Source of the DNA: Octopus sinensis
Lineage: Eukaryota
Length of the DNA: 64,000 bases
Direction of reading: 5' to 3'
Assembly (NCBI RefSeq): GCF_006345805.1
Contig: NC_042999.1
Coordinates: 27,528,001 to 27,592,000, forward strand
The notes under the pieces were generated by a model. It ran no database searches. It saw only the letters and a list, made by a program, of their open reading frames with translations, and was not told the origin of the DNA. A program made the translations under genes and the position numbers. This document shows positions 25,060-37,731 of the stretch, in pieces. The first letter of the stretch is position 1. Each line of letters begins with the position of its first letter.

Positions 25060-25663
25060 TATAATCAAAATAAGCAACAAGAATATCTTCGGTAATTTGG
25101 TACGATCGTTTCACGCTACATCATTTTATTAAACATTGTAAGTATTACAACAGTTTTAAAATATTGAGCAATCATCAGCCATTTATAGAGGTTTTCCATC
25201 AATACATATACTTATTTTCATGTTAATTGGTAACATTATAAAGAGGCTAGATATATAGACAAAGATGTTGATTTGAATGTTAAGAACATTAAGATATTAG
25301 AATTTATCTTCTGACTGAAGAATATTCTTTAAGTTATTTTGAACTGCTAGAAAGGGGGGAGTGATATTCTGTTGAATGGAAACAAAAGAGAGCTTCTATT
25401 TATAGAAGTAGGTAGGGGTGAAATAAATGTCAAAAGTTATTCCTAAACAAAATTAAAGTGGAAAGGGGATTATATTGTCTTAGAGTTTACTCCTACATGA
25501 AAATAAGTATATGTATTGATGGAAAATTGATGGAAAATAAATGGCTGATGATTGCTTAACATTTTAAAACTGTTGTAATACTAACAATGTTTAATAAAAT
25601 GATGTAGCGTGAAATGATCGTACCAAATTACCGAAGATATTCTTGTTGCTTATTTTGATTATA
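25060..25663. repeat. Inverted repeat, ~165-bp arms (25060-25222 / 25496-25663), each arm carrying a hammerhead-like motif (family B)
   Basis: Arms are reverse complements by eye; motif TGG-CTGATGA-TTGCT..AGCGT-GAAA-CGATCG-TA^CCA on the minus strand at 25094-25184; plus copy at 25539-25630 has C>T in the palindrome. Confidence 0.8.
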
Positions 25664-25773
25664 ATCACCCTATGGATTTATATGGATAACACCGTACAAA
25701 ATTCTGGTGCATCTAATTTAAGTACCACGTTCATTTGAATCTAAATTTTGCTGAATATATATATATATATACA

Positions 25774-25867
<94 letters not shown>

Positions 25868-26230
25868 ATGTATGTATGTTTCTATGTATGTATGTTTATA
25901 TATAGGTGAGAAAGTTGGTGTGTGAAAGAACGTGGTTGGATGTATAAATAATAGAAAAGAGTGAAAAAAACTACACAAGACTTGTTTTATAAGGTTAAAG
26001 AATATATTTAAGTCGTTATATTAGAAAGATGTTATAAAATTTTGTGTATAGTAACATAGATTTTGGAGAAATAACCGGTTTCGGGTAAACTTTTCAAATT
26101 TCTCAAATTTCTTTACCTACATCGTGTTATGTCTTCGTTATGAAGTGCAAAGAAGAGTTCCGGGCAGGGGAGGTAATCAGGGATTTCTTCCGGTATAAGG
26201 GAGATAATCGCTTTATATTTTTTCTTTTTT

Positions 26231-26790
26231 TCAATGAGATGAGTTTCTCTGTATAAGAATGTTAGGATGGTTAAGTTCAGGCTTATATTTTTCAATGAAG
26301 AATATTTCCTTGTTTAATCTAATTTGGGTTAGTGTTCCAATAGCACATTGATAGAATGGAAAGATTAAAAATTGTGGTAGTAGTTGCTTTGCGCATTTCT
26401 CAATATGCTCACTAAAGGGTATCATTCTGTATTCTGGGAATACAATCTGTTGTCGATGCAGAGTGCATCTGCATCTGAGTGATAATCCCGTGGCCCCTAC
26501 GTAGTTTTGGTGGCAGCCCGAGCATCTTATGACATAAATTATGTTTTCAGAACCACAAGTAAAATTAGATTTGATCTTGAATTTTTGTCCTTCTTTGAAA
26601 AGGAATTCTGATCCTTCTAGAAGATTTGGGCATGTTGCGCAGTTTGGTCTACCGCATTTTTTAACTTTTGCATCCGTAATTTCAGAAAACAATTTTGCCT
26701 TTGTGAGAATCTTTTTTAGTGATTTAGGTTGTTTGTAGCTTTTAATGATTTTATGTATGTTTAGAATTTCCTTTAATTTAGGGTCCTTAT
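26231..26790 (-). mobile_element. Neptune-type PLE 3' fragment (Cys-rich linker plus GIY-YIG)
   Basis: KKCGRPNCATCP..FKIKSNFTCGSENIIYVIRCSGCHQNYVGATGLSLRCRCTLHRQQI; upstream IIKSYKQPKSLKKILTKAK. Confidence 0.9.
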
Positions 26791-26855
26791 GAAGTATAAT
26801 TTAGGGTCCTTATGAAGTATAATTTAGGGTCCTTATGAAGTATAATTTAGGGTCC
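26774..26855. repeat. 23-bp tandem repeat, about 3.5 copies (taatttagggtccttatgaagta)
   Basis: Three identical units plus a 13-bp partial; lies exactly at the 5' truncation point of the Neptune-type fragment. Confidence 0.95.
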
Positions 26856-26951
26856 CTTCTTTCCTGAGCATCAATAATACTTTAATTGTTCCACGTTCTT
26901 GCGTTGCTGTGTTTTTTCTCTTTTTTTCTGTGCTTTCTTGTTTGGATTAAC

Positions 26952-27016
<65 letters not shown>

Positions 27017-27062
27017 TATGTATGTATATATATATGTATAAATATATACATACACACACACG

Positions 27063-27104
<42 letters not shown>

Positions 27105-27367
27105 ATACAACCAATATACATAAAGAAACAGAACATCTATGTGCAAAAACATATATATATCAATATGCAAAAAGATGCGCACAAAAGATTAATATAAGAA
27201 AACAGAAAATGTAAATACAGATCTAAAGAAGACCATGCAAAAAATATATGGAAGTTTATAAGTGTATACACACACATACACACATACGTACGGGCACTCA
27301 CATACACACACACACAGACGCACACACACACACACACATACATATATATATATGTATGTATGTATAT

Positions 27368-27561
27368 AAAATATAACGTGTCCGGAATGGCACAACAATG
27401 CAGAATGGACTACAATAACTGTTATAATTCCTAGCGATATCTGAAGAAGGAAGTTTTGTATTCCCAAATATTATTATTATATCAGACCATGGATAATTAA
27501 ATTATAACAGTTATTATAGTCCACTCTGCACTGCTGTGCCATTCAAGACACGCTATATTTT
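27368..27561. repeat. Small foldback, ~62-bp arms enclosing a decayed hammerhead-like core
   Basis: aaaatataacgtgtccggaatggcac..gttataatt versus aattataac..gtgccattcaagacacgctatatttt; loop contains GATAT-CTGAAGA-A-GGAA..TTCC-cAAA. Confidence 0.75.
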
Positions 27562-28325
27562 ACAAACAATTCACAATGCTTCAAGCGAACTACAATACTC
27601 CCCTATATATATATATGAACATGCATAATAGAACAAGCAAATAGAACAAAAAATACATCAATACAAACTTGGGTCTTTTCATTGGATATTGCCTTCTGTA
27701 AGACATTGTAAGTATAAGTTCAGTGGGACCTAATTCAAGGTACGTGAAAAACTCTAGTAAAATATCAGTAGGGTATGAAAAAGTAAAGAAAAGAAGTAAC
27801 AAAATGATAGGAAAAATGAGGGTTACAGAGACGAAGAAGGAAAAGAAGGAAAAGTACGTAAAGTAATAAGGAGGGAAGACAGCTATTAAAAGGGAATTAT
27901 GCTTTATATCTTTAGAAAGTAATGCATAAATGATACCGGCATAATAGATCCAGTTGCTATACTGGTTTATATAATCCTTACATTGCATAACAGCTAAGAT
28001 TTTGACGATGCAGAGCATATATATATATATATTATCATTATTGTTTTTACGTATTTTTGTATTTTTATTCGTTTCACATCGTCCGTTTTCCGTCCTTGTT
28101 TTGTACACATTCGAGGCTTTCTTCCAAGGAATCTAATGCGCTTGGCTTAGATTTTCCTTTGGGGCTGGCCAGGTCGGAGCAATCTCAAGATTAATCAGCC
28201 GAAATTGCGAAGATGGTCCGGTTCATGACTGAAGATTGAAGGCTACGAATGTCCCGTCCGTGTTTTTTGTGTCGTCTTCTAAATGTTTCACGTTCTTGTC
28301 CCAGTTTGTATTTTTTTACTTTTAC

Positions 28326-28356
<31 letters not shown>

Positions 28357-28526
28357 ATATATATATAACTACTGGCTCAGGATGGTGTTCGTACTAGCAA
28401 GCAGGACTACTGATTTTGTAGCATTTACATATTTTCCAATGTAAGTACTGTCCTACTCTATCGTGGATATTTTTATATTCGTTTGGACATCCCAAGACGA
28501 TATTATAATTATAATTATTATAATTA

Positions 28527-28752
28527 TTATTATTTTGTTAGGGCATCGAGCTTGTAGAATCGTTAGCATGCCGGGCAAAATGCTTAGCAGTATTTCGGCC
28601 GTCTTCATGTTCTGAGTTCGAATGCCACCGAGGTCGACTTTGCCTTTCATGCTTTCGGAATCGATAAATTAAGTACCAGTGGAACACGGGTCGATATAAT
28701 CGACTAATCTCCTCCCCACACACTTCAAACCTTGTGCTTATAGCAGAAACGA
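28527..28752 (+). mobile_element. Family M SINE
   Basis: gcatcgagcttgtagaatcgttagc..ttctgagttcgaatgccaccgaggtcgactttgcctttcat. Confidence 0.85.
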
Positions 28753-28817
28753 TTGTATTATTATTATTATTGTTGTTGTTGTTGTTGCTGCTGTTGCTGT
28801 TGTTGTTGTTGTTGTTG

Positions 28818-28879
<62 letters not shown>

Positions 28880-28880
28880 T

Positions 28881-29369
28881 GCCCTGCCACCCACCTTTGG
28901 CCGAGAGAGGCAAGCAATTTTTATTTGTCTAGTAGCTGTAGCGAAAGAGGTCGCATGGTGGACCCGTTTGAAAGGGCTAAAGACAGACACTTTCCGGCCA
29001 AACTCTCATCAACTTTTCAAGTTTCACTTGAAAAGGAAGTTGCGGTGGAGAAGTTAGGGTTGCCTTGAAGCAAGTTCGTTGAAAGATGGGTGAATGTTGG
29101 AAGAATGGCCAGTGTGAAAGGACCAATTCTGAGCATACAGCTGTAAAGAAAAGGAGAAGGGCTCTTGCCCTGTTGTTCAGGTACCCGTGGCTTTTGTGGG
29201 GTTTTCGACGAGGTCCTTAAAGCGCTTGGGTATTTTAAATAGTTTAATTTTTAATTGTTATTATATTGTTTACACGTTGTAAAACCCATTGTATCGTACT
29301 GTTTTGTTATTTATGTTGTTGCATGTCATTTAATGTAATTTTATGTAAGCCCTTGTGACCAATAAACGA

Positions 29370-29371
<2 letters not shown>
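28881..29371 (+). mobile_element. L1/Tx1-clade LINE 3' end (ORF2 C-terminus, 3' UTR) flanked by (ATT)n
   Basis: FICLVAVAKEVAWWTRLKG..FKFHLKRK is homologous to the 62.9-63.3 kb fragment; the two also share the 3' UTR motif ttttgtggggtt(tt)cgac; ends aataaacgaa. Confidence 0.8.
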
Positions 29372-29430
<59 letters not shown>

Positions 29431-29463
29431 GTCATTATTATCATTATTATTATTATTATTATA

Positions 29464-29499
<36 letters not shown>

Positions 29500-29574
29500 T
29501 TCTTTTAATTTTATTTCAGTTACTTTGCCCGACACCTAGAGCAAAGAAACTCACCGTATTCCTTGGTAGGCTAT

Positions 29575-30600
29575 TAAAATAAAGACACATATATAAAGTC
29601 ATGTGATAGAAAAAGAAGATCACAAGGCATACTCATGTCAGTCAATAGACAAACTTTATTGTTTTGGTTTTTCACAACAATATCTGTTTTATTAGCTTTG
29701 ATGATCCAGTCTGTACATACTGGTAAGTCCCAAAGAATCGTTACATTTTTTCCCTCAGTTACAGCCTCAGGATGGTGCTTGTACCATTTGTCAGCACATT
29801 TGATTTTATAATACCGACATATTTGCCAGTGTAGATATTGGCCAACTCTGTCATGCCTTGATTTGTACTCAACAGGTGCTAAAACCTTACACTCAGAGAT
29901 TAGGTGGTTCCTTGTTTCAATCCTATCGTTACAGTATCGGTACTGTGGGTCTACTCCATTTTTCATCACAGTGGCTTGGTAATTCCAAATGCTCTGATCT
30001 TGAGCAGCTAAGATAAAGCCTTCGCTCTCTGCCTTTAGCCCTGAGCTCCGTAGCCGCTGATAGGTGTGCTTCTGGTCTATATCAGCTTGTTTGCTACGGG
30101 CCGCATATTTGTCGTGCAGAGGGGTTTTTTTCACACCAATCAGCCAATTGTTCAAACGCATTTTGCTTTGCCATTAATTTCACTCTCTTTGTAACTACAT
30201 TAGTTCCACTTCACTCACGCTGTTCAACCTGAGTATCATGCATGAACTCACTAACAGCTTTTTTTGCTCCCCTTTCTGACAGAATGAAGCTTCTTACGTG
30301 TCTCTTAGTTACTCAATAGGGTGCGTAGCTTGGATACAGGTACCATTACTCCAGTCAGAGTAGACCTGGGAACAATAGAGGCTACGAGGTGGTGCCTCAC
30401 TCCTCAAAACTCTGAATCTTCCAAACCGAGGAGACATTTTAAAGTCGTAGCAAGGACAGTATCAGCTAGTTAGGACATATTGTAGCTTACTAAGAATCCA
30501 TATCAACCTACCTCCACTGGAAGTATTATACACCGCGATCCTCTGTTTTCACATGATAGCCACAGCTCTTCAAACTTTTGGTTCTTTATTCATATGTATC
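29575..30600 (-). mobile_element. R4/Dong-type RLE non-LTR fragment (Zn knuckle plus PD-(D/E)xK region)
   Basis: SGLKAESEGFILAAQDQ..RYC..ETRNHLISEC..EYKSRHDRVGQYLHWQIC..ILWD..TD..IKANKTDIVV..CLLTDMSMP; upstream extent degraded and approximate. Confidence 0.9.
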
Positions 30601-31899
30601 CCATCTACATTGCTTTTCAAGCTATTGTCAGCTTAATGATCAAAACACTTTTATTAAATCAGAATATTCCATAATGTTAACGTGCCTCATCTTTATTGCA
30701 ATATAACTTGGGAACACAAGCATTTTCATCAAACCCACTTTCTGAAATCACTTCGTTAACTTGCCCCTGTGCTCAACAGAAAAAGCGTCCTCTAACCTGC
30801 TTTGGTAACGCGAAATCCTTAGTGCATTCTGATGCCCACTTGCTCATCTGATGAGATAAAACAAATTTACTATATTTTGTCATTTTAGCATCCTCATATT
30901 TTCATATTTTGTAGCCAGAGTTCACTAGAATGAAAACAAACAGCATGCTTGGTGCCAATAGCAAGAACAAAAGCAAAAATAAATATTCTATTTAATATCC
31001 CTATGTCATGATAAATCTGTGACCGCAAAACCACCAAATATTTAAGGAAATCTAACATAGCATCCCTCTGCAACTATAATAGCAACTTTGATATTTGATG
31101 AATAATAACAACTGCGTCAGCAACAGTTTCAAGGAGGAAATAGAAACATTCTATTTAATATTCCTCTGCTACAATAACGGCATCTAATACTTGTTCAACA
31201 CAACAATTAACAAGAGAGGCAGCAACACCTGCCTCTAGAAGATTCATCTGAAGTTGACCTTCAATTCCATGAACTGACTTTACTCCCCACCTTTCTAGCA
31301 CTTCCATTATTATTTCCACTTCTGTCACGAATGCTGCTATTACGAATGCAACTACTACTGCTTCACCTACAACTATCAGTAGTACTGCTGCAACTTCTAC
31401 TGTTACTCCTACTACTGTTGCTGCTGCTGCCACTACTACTACGCCTACTATCACCACTACAACTATGATTTTAGCGGCTTCTCTTTCTTTCGTTTACTTT
31501 CTTTTTCTCTTTTTAGATTTTCTAATCTCTTTTTATTCTTTCCACTATTTCTCTTTTGTTTTTCCTAATATCCCCCCACCCACCACCACCACTAATTTTC
31601 AATAGAGTTAAAAGGTCACCCCTTCTTTTCTGTGTTTTCATGCGAGATAGATATACCACACCATTCGGTTTCAAATCACCATCAGGCTCATGGGTGTCTA
31701 ATCGGTGTTCACTGTAATGCAAACATTTGGATGAGGCCTCCGAACTGGGATTATCCGTGCGTTACCCCCCCCCCCACCATTACTCGCTACACTTTCCCAT
31801 GATAAAAAAAATAATAACCCAACCCAACCTAGACCAATTCTCCCTCATCTTCTCAAATGTCGGAGATCTCTCCAACTTAGATCCTACACATCACTTCTT

Positions 31900-32275
31900 G
31901 CATGTACACATCTTTATTTCCCAGCTGGCGACCGGAAGGGGAGGTTGTCCTCTCAACGATGCTGTGGGTACCGCTGGCTGACGAACTCTGGTGATGATGT
32001 TAGTCCATGCTTGAAGTCGAGGTGTTGCGACTTCAGGTCTTCCTCAGTTTGTTTCGCCCATGTCTTCTTCGGAGCGCTGCGCTGGATTCTCCAGTGCATG
32101 GATCGTTGCCACCTTAAAAATTTGGTGTGGTAGTCTTCAGGTGCTCATACTGCAGATTTGGCCAAACCACTGTAGCGTGCACAACCGGACCGGGATCTTC
32201 AATAGGCGGCTTCTATTGCTAACATTGCTCTTGGTTGTTGCTGTTTGAGATTCGGTCACCAAGGATTTGACGAAA
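31900..32275 (-). mobile_element. RTE-clade LINE C-terminal relic
   Basis: Across frames RCFRQILG.DRISN, LQWFGQICSM..RLPHQI, WRIQRSAPKKTWAKQTEEDLK match the RTE pattern RLRWFGH..RM..RLP..RG.P.KTW..DLK. Confidence 0.75.
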
Positions 32276-32499
32276 ACACCACACTTGGAAAACCTCAAGC
32301 TTATTCAGGTGTTTTTTTAGGATGGCCCAGGTCTCAGCGCTTTAGAGGAAGATAGGCAGAGTAACTAGAAGTTATTGTTACTGGAATTTAGGTGAGAAGC
32401 GAAAGACAGGATATGTGGTGTCTTCGCATGTCAGCAGCAGAGGTGGATTCTGGAAAGATGCATATATGGTGTGCGTCTTTTCTGCGCACAAAGTCTCCC

Positions 32500-33107
32500 T
32501 TTAACATTCCCCTAACTACTTTCATTTCTATCAGTCTCTAATCTCCGCAAAACATCAGCAACTCTTTAATTACATATATCTCACTTCTCCCTCTCTCGAA
32601 GGTCATAGCTGACTTTAACGCTCCACAGTCCATAGCGCTTACCCTCGTCCTATTCCGAGTTTACTGCTACCAAAGCTGAACTCTTTACTATTCACACGAC
32701 TTGACACCAACTTGTTTCACCCTTTACTCGCACTCCAGACTGACACACAGATATCCTAAATGTGTCTGAGGTGTACGTGTATCAGTACGCCCGCATTACA
32801 TCTGACTCCACACTACATACTTTTGGCCAATCGCCTCGAAATTCATTTCCTTTTTATTTCAAAATGCTCCCCATCCCACTTATACCACATGCTAAATGCA
32901 GAACTACTTCCATTTGTTTCAAACAAACAAGGGCCATTGGTCCTTGTTTGTTTGAAATACATACCATAACTTGCTTCTGTACTCATTAGATTGTTGTTTG
33001 CAAACACACTGCTATAGGTCATCTTCCAACATATTCCGAACCAGTCAACTATTGCATTGCCAAGGTAATGGTGACAGCCATTAACAACGACGTTCTCCAT
33101 CGCCTTG

Positions 33108-33110
<3 letters not shown>
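32500..33110 (+). mobile_element. Heavily degraded AP-endonuclease region of a LINE
   Basis: Fragments DFNAP and KAELFTIH..QLVSPFTRTPD resemble APE motifs GDFNAH and L.QLV..PTR.PD. Confidence 0.45.
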
Positions 33111-33166
<56 letters not shown>

Positions 33167-33188
33167 ATCTTTCTCTCTATTTATCTAT

Positions 33189-33421
33189 CTTATTTCTTTA
33201 CTACCCACAAGGGGTTAAACACAGAGGGGACAAACAAGGACAGACAAACGGATTAAGTCGATTACATCGACCCCAGTGCGTAACTGGTACTTAATTTATC
33301 GACCCCGAAAGGATGAAAGGCAAAGTCGACCTCGGCGGAATTTGAACTCAGAACGTAACGGCAGACGAAATACCACAAAGCATTTCGCCCGGCGTGCTAA
33401 CGTTTCTGCCAGCTCACCGCC
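33189..33421 (-). mobile_element. Family M SINE, young full-length copy
   Basis: Near-identical reverse complement of the copies at 36435 and 37113. Confidence 0.95.
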
Positions 33422-33559
33422 TATTTATTTATCTATTTATCGCTCTCTATTTATCTATCTATCTATTTACTTCTCTCCTTCTCTCTCCCATTTTTCTCTC
33501 CCCTTTCTCTTTCTCTTTCGCTCGTCCGCACTCTCCGCTCCGTCCTTTTGTACGGCTTT

Positions 33560-33770
33560 CGCAGAGGTAAATCTACTGAAGTCCTTAGTTTTTTATATCA
33601 CTCACTGGTGGTTTCTTCCTTTCGAGAAGTTCAGCAATTGCAATATTTGTGCTCTAGGCATCAGTGAAGCCTTTGACCGTGTCTAGCATGCGAATCTCTC
33701 ATCAAAACTTCCCCGCCTACGGGCTTCATCCATCTCTCATCTCTTGTACTACTGGTTTCGAATGATTGAC
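33560..33770 (+). mobile_element. LINE RT fragment (CR1/Jockey-like)
   Basis: ICALGISEAFDRV*HANLSSKL..AYG corresponds to the RT motif ALDISKAFDRVWH..LL.KL..YG. Confidence 0.65.
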
Positions 33771-35539
33771 ATGCTGTTCGAACGTGTTCTAATGACGCAC
33801 ATTTCATATGCTTGTGCGTCATGGCGCATCTCTCTCCCTTCTTTATCTCCCTATCTCTTGCACACTCTTTCTCTCTCTCTCACTATCTTGCACTTTCTCC
33901 CTTTCTCTATCTTCCTTTCTCTTTCTCTCCCCCTTTCTCACCTTATTACTTTTGGAAGTTTATTATCTTTCACTAAAATTGCATTGACAAAAGAAGAGTT
34001 AATAACTATTGCTTCACCTCCTCATCCTCGAACTCTTACTGCAATTGTTGTTGCTGTTATTGTTGCTGTTGTTATTGCTACTGCTATTACTACTGCTACT
34101 CCTGCTGCTGCCGCTGAAGCTACTGTGATGTTATTGTTGTTGTTGATTGCTATCCTTTTATTTTTTTATAATGATTACTATCATTTTTTTCTGTATCTTT
34201 CTGTTTTTGTTTACCTTCCATGTAATAATAATACCACATACTATCGTTAACAAGTGTTTCATTAATTGCAGTGCCGGTCAGCAGCAAATGTATTCACACA
34301 CATATAGTTTATTGCAAACACTTCAATATTGTCATCTAAATAAAGAACGAAAATTAATTACTTCATTTGTTACAGATTGATTCTTGCGTCGTTGAATAAA
34401 AATACAACTTTTCTTCGTGTTTCTAATTGAAACTAGCATGTGTCATGAAATGTCCCCAGACAAAATGCATTTAGCAGTTTCGTCATTGTGTTTTATTTAA
34501 TTTATATTCGTATTTCTAATGAATGAAGGAATGTATTGTGTGGATGTTTGAGTGGATGTTACTATTTCATTTATTTAAATAGGCTATTAAATCGAGATTT
34601 TTCTTTCGACTAAAACTTCCAAGAAGTTTAGAATATTTAAGCGAAGTCATGACAGAAATAAAATTCATTTTAATCAACTCCAATCTAGAATAAAATATAA
34701 TTTCTGTATTAGCTATATCGCTGTTGTTGTGATGCGGCTAATGTTGTGATGCTACCGTTGTTGTTATCCACGTGAAGCCTACTTTCGAATGCACTCCCGC
34801 CATGACCATCTCACCTTTTTGATGGTTCAATATAGTCCATAATCGTCACTCTCAAAGGCTTTATCGATGTAATGCATTTCAATGTGTGAAGTGCAACATT
34901 TAGCCTCTTCTCCGACTCTAAGTCCTCACACTCTAAGGCGATCAGTCATATTCGGGTAAAGACCTAGAACTTTGACTTCGTAGCAAGACCGTCCCTGCTA
35001 TAACTTTCACGAGGAGAGACTGCTCCCACTGTACTGGGTGGTTCTAGAGTAGCGTACCACGAAAAAAAAGTAGTCAAAGTTACTACATGGCAGAACAAGT
35101 GGATCAAGACATGATATCAAAGGCTGAACTCATGGAAGAAGGCAATGCCAGACGGGCTGGATAAGAATGTGCAACTTAAGGAACACCTGTACTGATGGCA
35201 ATCCGTTGTAGTTTTGTTGTCTGAATCTGCATGTCATATTTCACGAGAAACAGATGTCTTCAAAACTAGGTCACTTCATGGCAAGTCGGAACCCTCGCAA
35301 TTCGAAACCACGCCACCGGCATTTCTCTTGGAATTACAAACGAAGAAAGAAATATTAGGAAACGAGAAGGAGTCGACGACAACGAGTCATCATTTGCGAG
35401 TGAATATGACTTAGTAGCATATATGCTGCTTTTATGATTTCGCTAATTATTTTAGATACCTACGTTGCCGAGAGCAAACAAAGAAATCAACTTGCACATT
35501 ACATTCTTGATCCAGCGAAATATTGAGTATGTAATAACT

Positions 35540-35700
35540 GGAGAGATGGTACTTCTCGGCTGGTACATATTTGCAACGGAAAAGACTGGAACAACGTGAA
35601 AATACCTTACTTGAGGATATAATGCATCAGCTGTTCCGAGAATCAAACCTACTAACCGTCCCAAGGAATCAAATATCCTAACCACTAGGCCATGAGGCAA
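35540..35700 (-). mobile_element. Old tRNA-headed SINE remnant
   Basis: tggcctagtggttaggatatttgattcc..ggtttgattctcgg has A- and B-box-like motifs. Confidence 0.45.
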
Positions 35701-35984
35701 TATGTCATAAAGTCTATTTTTATTCATTGCAGTTTGGTATAAGATATATTTAGCTACTACTGCTCGCAGCTATAGCGACCACATAGACCGTGCCTAGTTT
35801 TGTGGTTGGTATCAGTTGCATCAAGCGATAATTATGCTTCCATTTTCAAATTCACCTTGCTTAATGGGTAGGTTCTGTCAACTGTTCTCATGTTATGTAA
35901 AGTCCATAAAGTACAATAGGCTTATTAACCCGCAAGACCTCTCACTAATCGTTAAGGTTTTCTCCTCACCGCACACAAAATTAT

Positions 35985-36388
35985 CTATCTTACTCTCTTT
36001 ACTCTTTACTCTTTTACTTGTTTCAGTCATTTGACTGCGGCCATGCTGGAGCACCGCCTTTAGTCGAGCAAATCGACCCCGGGACTTATTCTTTGTAAGC
36101 CCAGTACTTATTCTATCAGTCTCTTTTTTGCCGAACCGCTAAGTGACGGGGACGTAAACACACCAGCATCGGTTGTCGGTTGTCAAGCAGTGCTAGGGGG
36201 ACAAACACAGACACACATATATATATACGTATATACGACAGGCTTCTTTCAGTTTCCGTCTACCAAATCCACTCACAAGGCATTGGTCGGCCCGGGGCTA
36301 TAGCAGAAGACACTTTCCCAAGATGCCACGCAGTGGGACTGAACCCGGAACCATGTGGTTGGTTAGCAAGCTACTTACCACACAGCCA
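35985..36388 (-). mobile_element. Family C SINE, young
   Basis: Reverse complement of the family C consensus with (ttactct)n tail. Confidence 0.95.
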
Positions 36389-36434
36389 AAGATACTTTAT
36401 TAAGAAATTCCATCACTATAATAATCTTTTGACC

Positions 36435-36661
36435 GGCGAGCTGGCAGAAACGTTAGCGCGCCGGGCGAAATGCGTAGCCGTATTTCGTCTGTCGTTACGT
36501 TCTGAGTTCAAATTCCACCGAGGTCGACTTTGCCTTTCATCCTCTCGAGGTCGATAAATAAAGTACCAGATTCGCACTGGGGTTGATGTAATCGACTTAA
36601 TCCGTTTGTCTGTCCTTGTTTGTCCCCTCTATGTTTAGCCCCTTGGGGGTAGTAAAGAAAT
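36435..36661 (+). mobile_element. Family M SINE
   Basis: ggcgagctggcagaaacgttagc head, gagttcaaattcc B-box, tail gtagtaaagaaata. Confidence 0.95.
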
Positions 36662-37112
36662 ATATAATAATCTTTTGGCCGTTTAGTCAAGAAGAGAAGG
36701 TGGTACCCATGACTATATTTTTTCGGAACCTCTGATTCTGATGTGGGGGGGTAGGAGGAAGATGTTCCCTAAGCAGAGACTCTGTCTGGTTACTTGCAAC
36801 AGAGTTAACTCTCTTTTATGGATCCAGTGACTAATTGGTGATGTTAAACTGGCCGATGGATTAAGCCTGCCTCCTAAGAACTCGAAATGCAAAAATCAGA
36901 AATAAATACCACGAAGCATCTCATTCTATGTTTTACAAATTTCCCTAATTGTCGCTAAACTCAAGAATATATTCCAATTACTTACGAAACGATATCAAGG
37001 TTGACCCCAGAGAGATTTGAACTCAGTGTGCATGGTTATGGTGGTGGTGGTGTGGCAATGAAGTTGTAATGGTGAAGGTAGTGCTGGTGTCGGTGGTGGC
37101 TGAGATAGCAAA

Positions 37113-37343
37113 GCGGCGAGCTGGCAGAAACGTTAGCACGCCGGGCGAAATGCTTTGCGGTATTTCGTCTGCGTTACGTTGTGAGTTCAAATTCCACCGA
37201 GGTCGACTTTGCCTTTCATCCTTTCGGGGTCGATAAATTAAGTACCAGTTACGCACTGGGGTCGATGTAATCGACTCAGTACCTATGTCTGTCCTTGTTT
37301 GTCCCCTCTGTGTTTAGCCCCTTGTGGGTAATAAAGAAATAGG
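37113..37343 (+). mobile_element. Family M SINE
   Basis: Same head, core and tail. Confidence 0.95.
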
Positions 37344-37731
37344 TATAGTGGTGGTGGTGGTGGTGGTCATTATAATGTCGTGGGGCTCTATTCATAGTGC
37401 TGGTAGTGTAAACATGATGTAGTAGTTGTTGTGGTGGTAGTAGTTATAGGGATTGTTTGGCCTTGGGTCTAGTTCGATTAAGCAGAAGGCGGAATTCGAA
37501 AGTAAACGTAGACGAAAAACCGCCAACACGCCACCTTATAGGTAGGAACAATGATAATATATCACAGGTGAGAAAAGAATGATTATAATTCTTTTAACTT
37601 TTTGGCACACGGTCAGTAACTTTGAAGTGGGGAGAAGTCAAATACATCGACCCCAGTATATCATTGATACTTTATTTTATCAATTCAGAAAGAATAAAAG
37701 GAAAAGTTGACCTCAGCAGGATTTGAGCGCA

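Noticed and set aside
26774-26855. CRISPR-like array
   Set aside because: Units are contiguous with no spacers, there are no cas genes, and the context is eukaryotic.
28060-28310. Hammerhead in a pLTR-like repeat (gaCTGAAGAttg..GAAt)
   Set aside because: GAAA is absent and stem II does not pair; only an unrelated hairpin (ccaaggaatctaa/ttagattttccttgg) is evident.
33276-33686. Recurrent peptide MRNWYLIYRPRKDERQSRPRRNLNSE (also 37023, 37685, 53223, 58814)
   Set aside because: Antisense translation of family M SINEs, not a protein family.
34880-35400. Possible RTE 5' UTR with HDV-like ribozyme
   Set aside because: I could not assign the P1/P1.1/P3 pairings or the YYCNCGY loop by eye.
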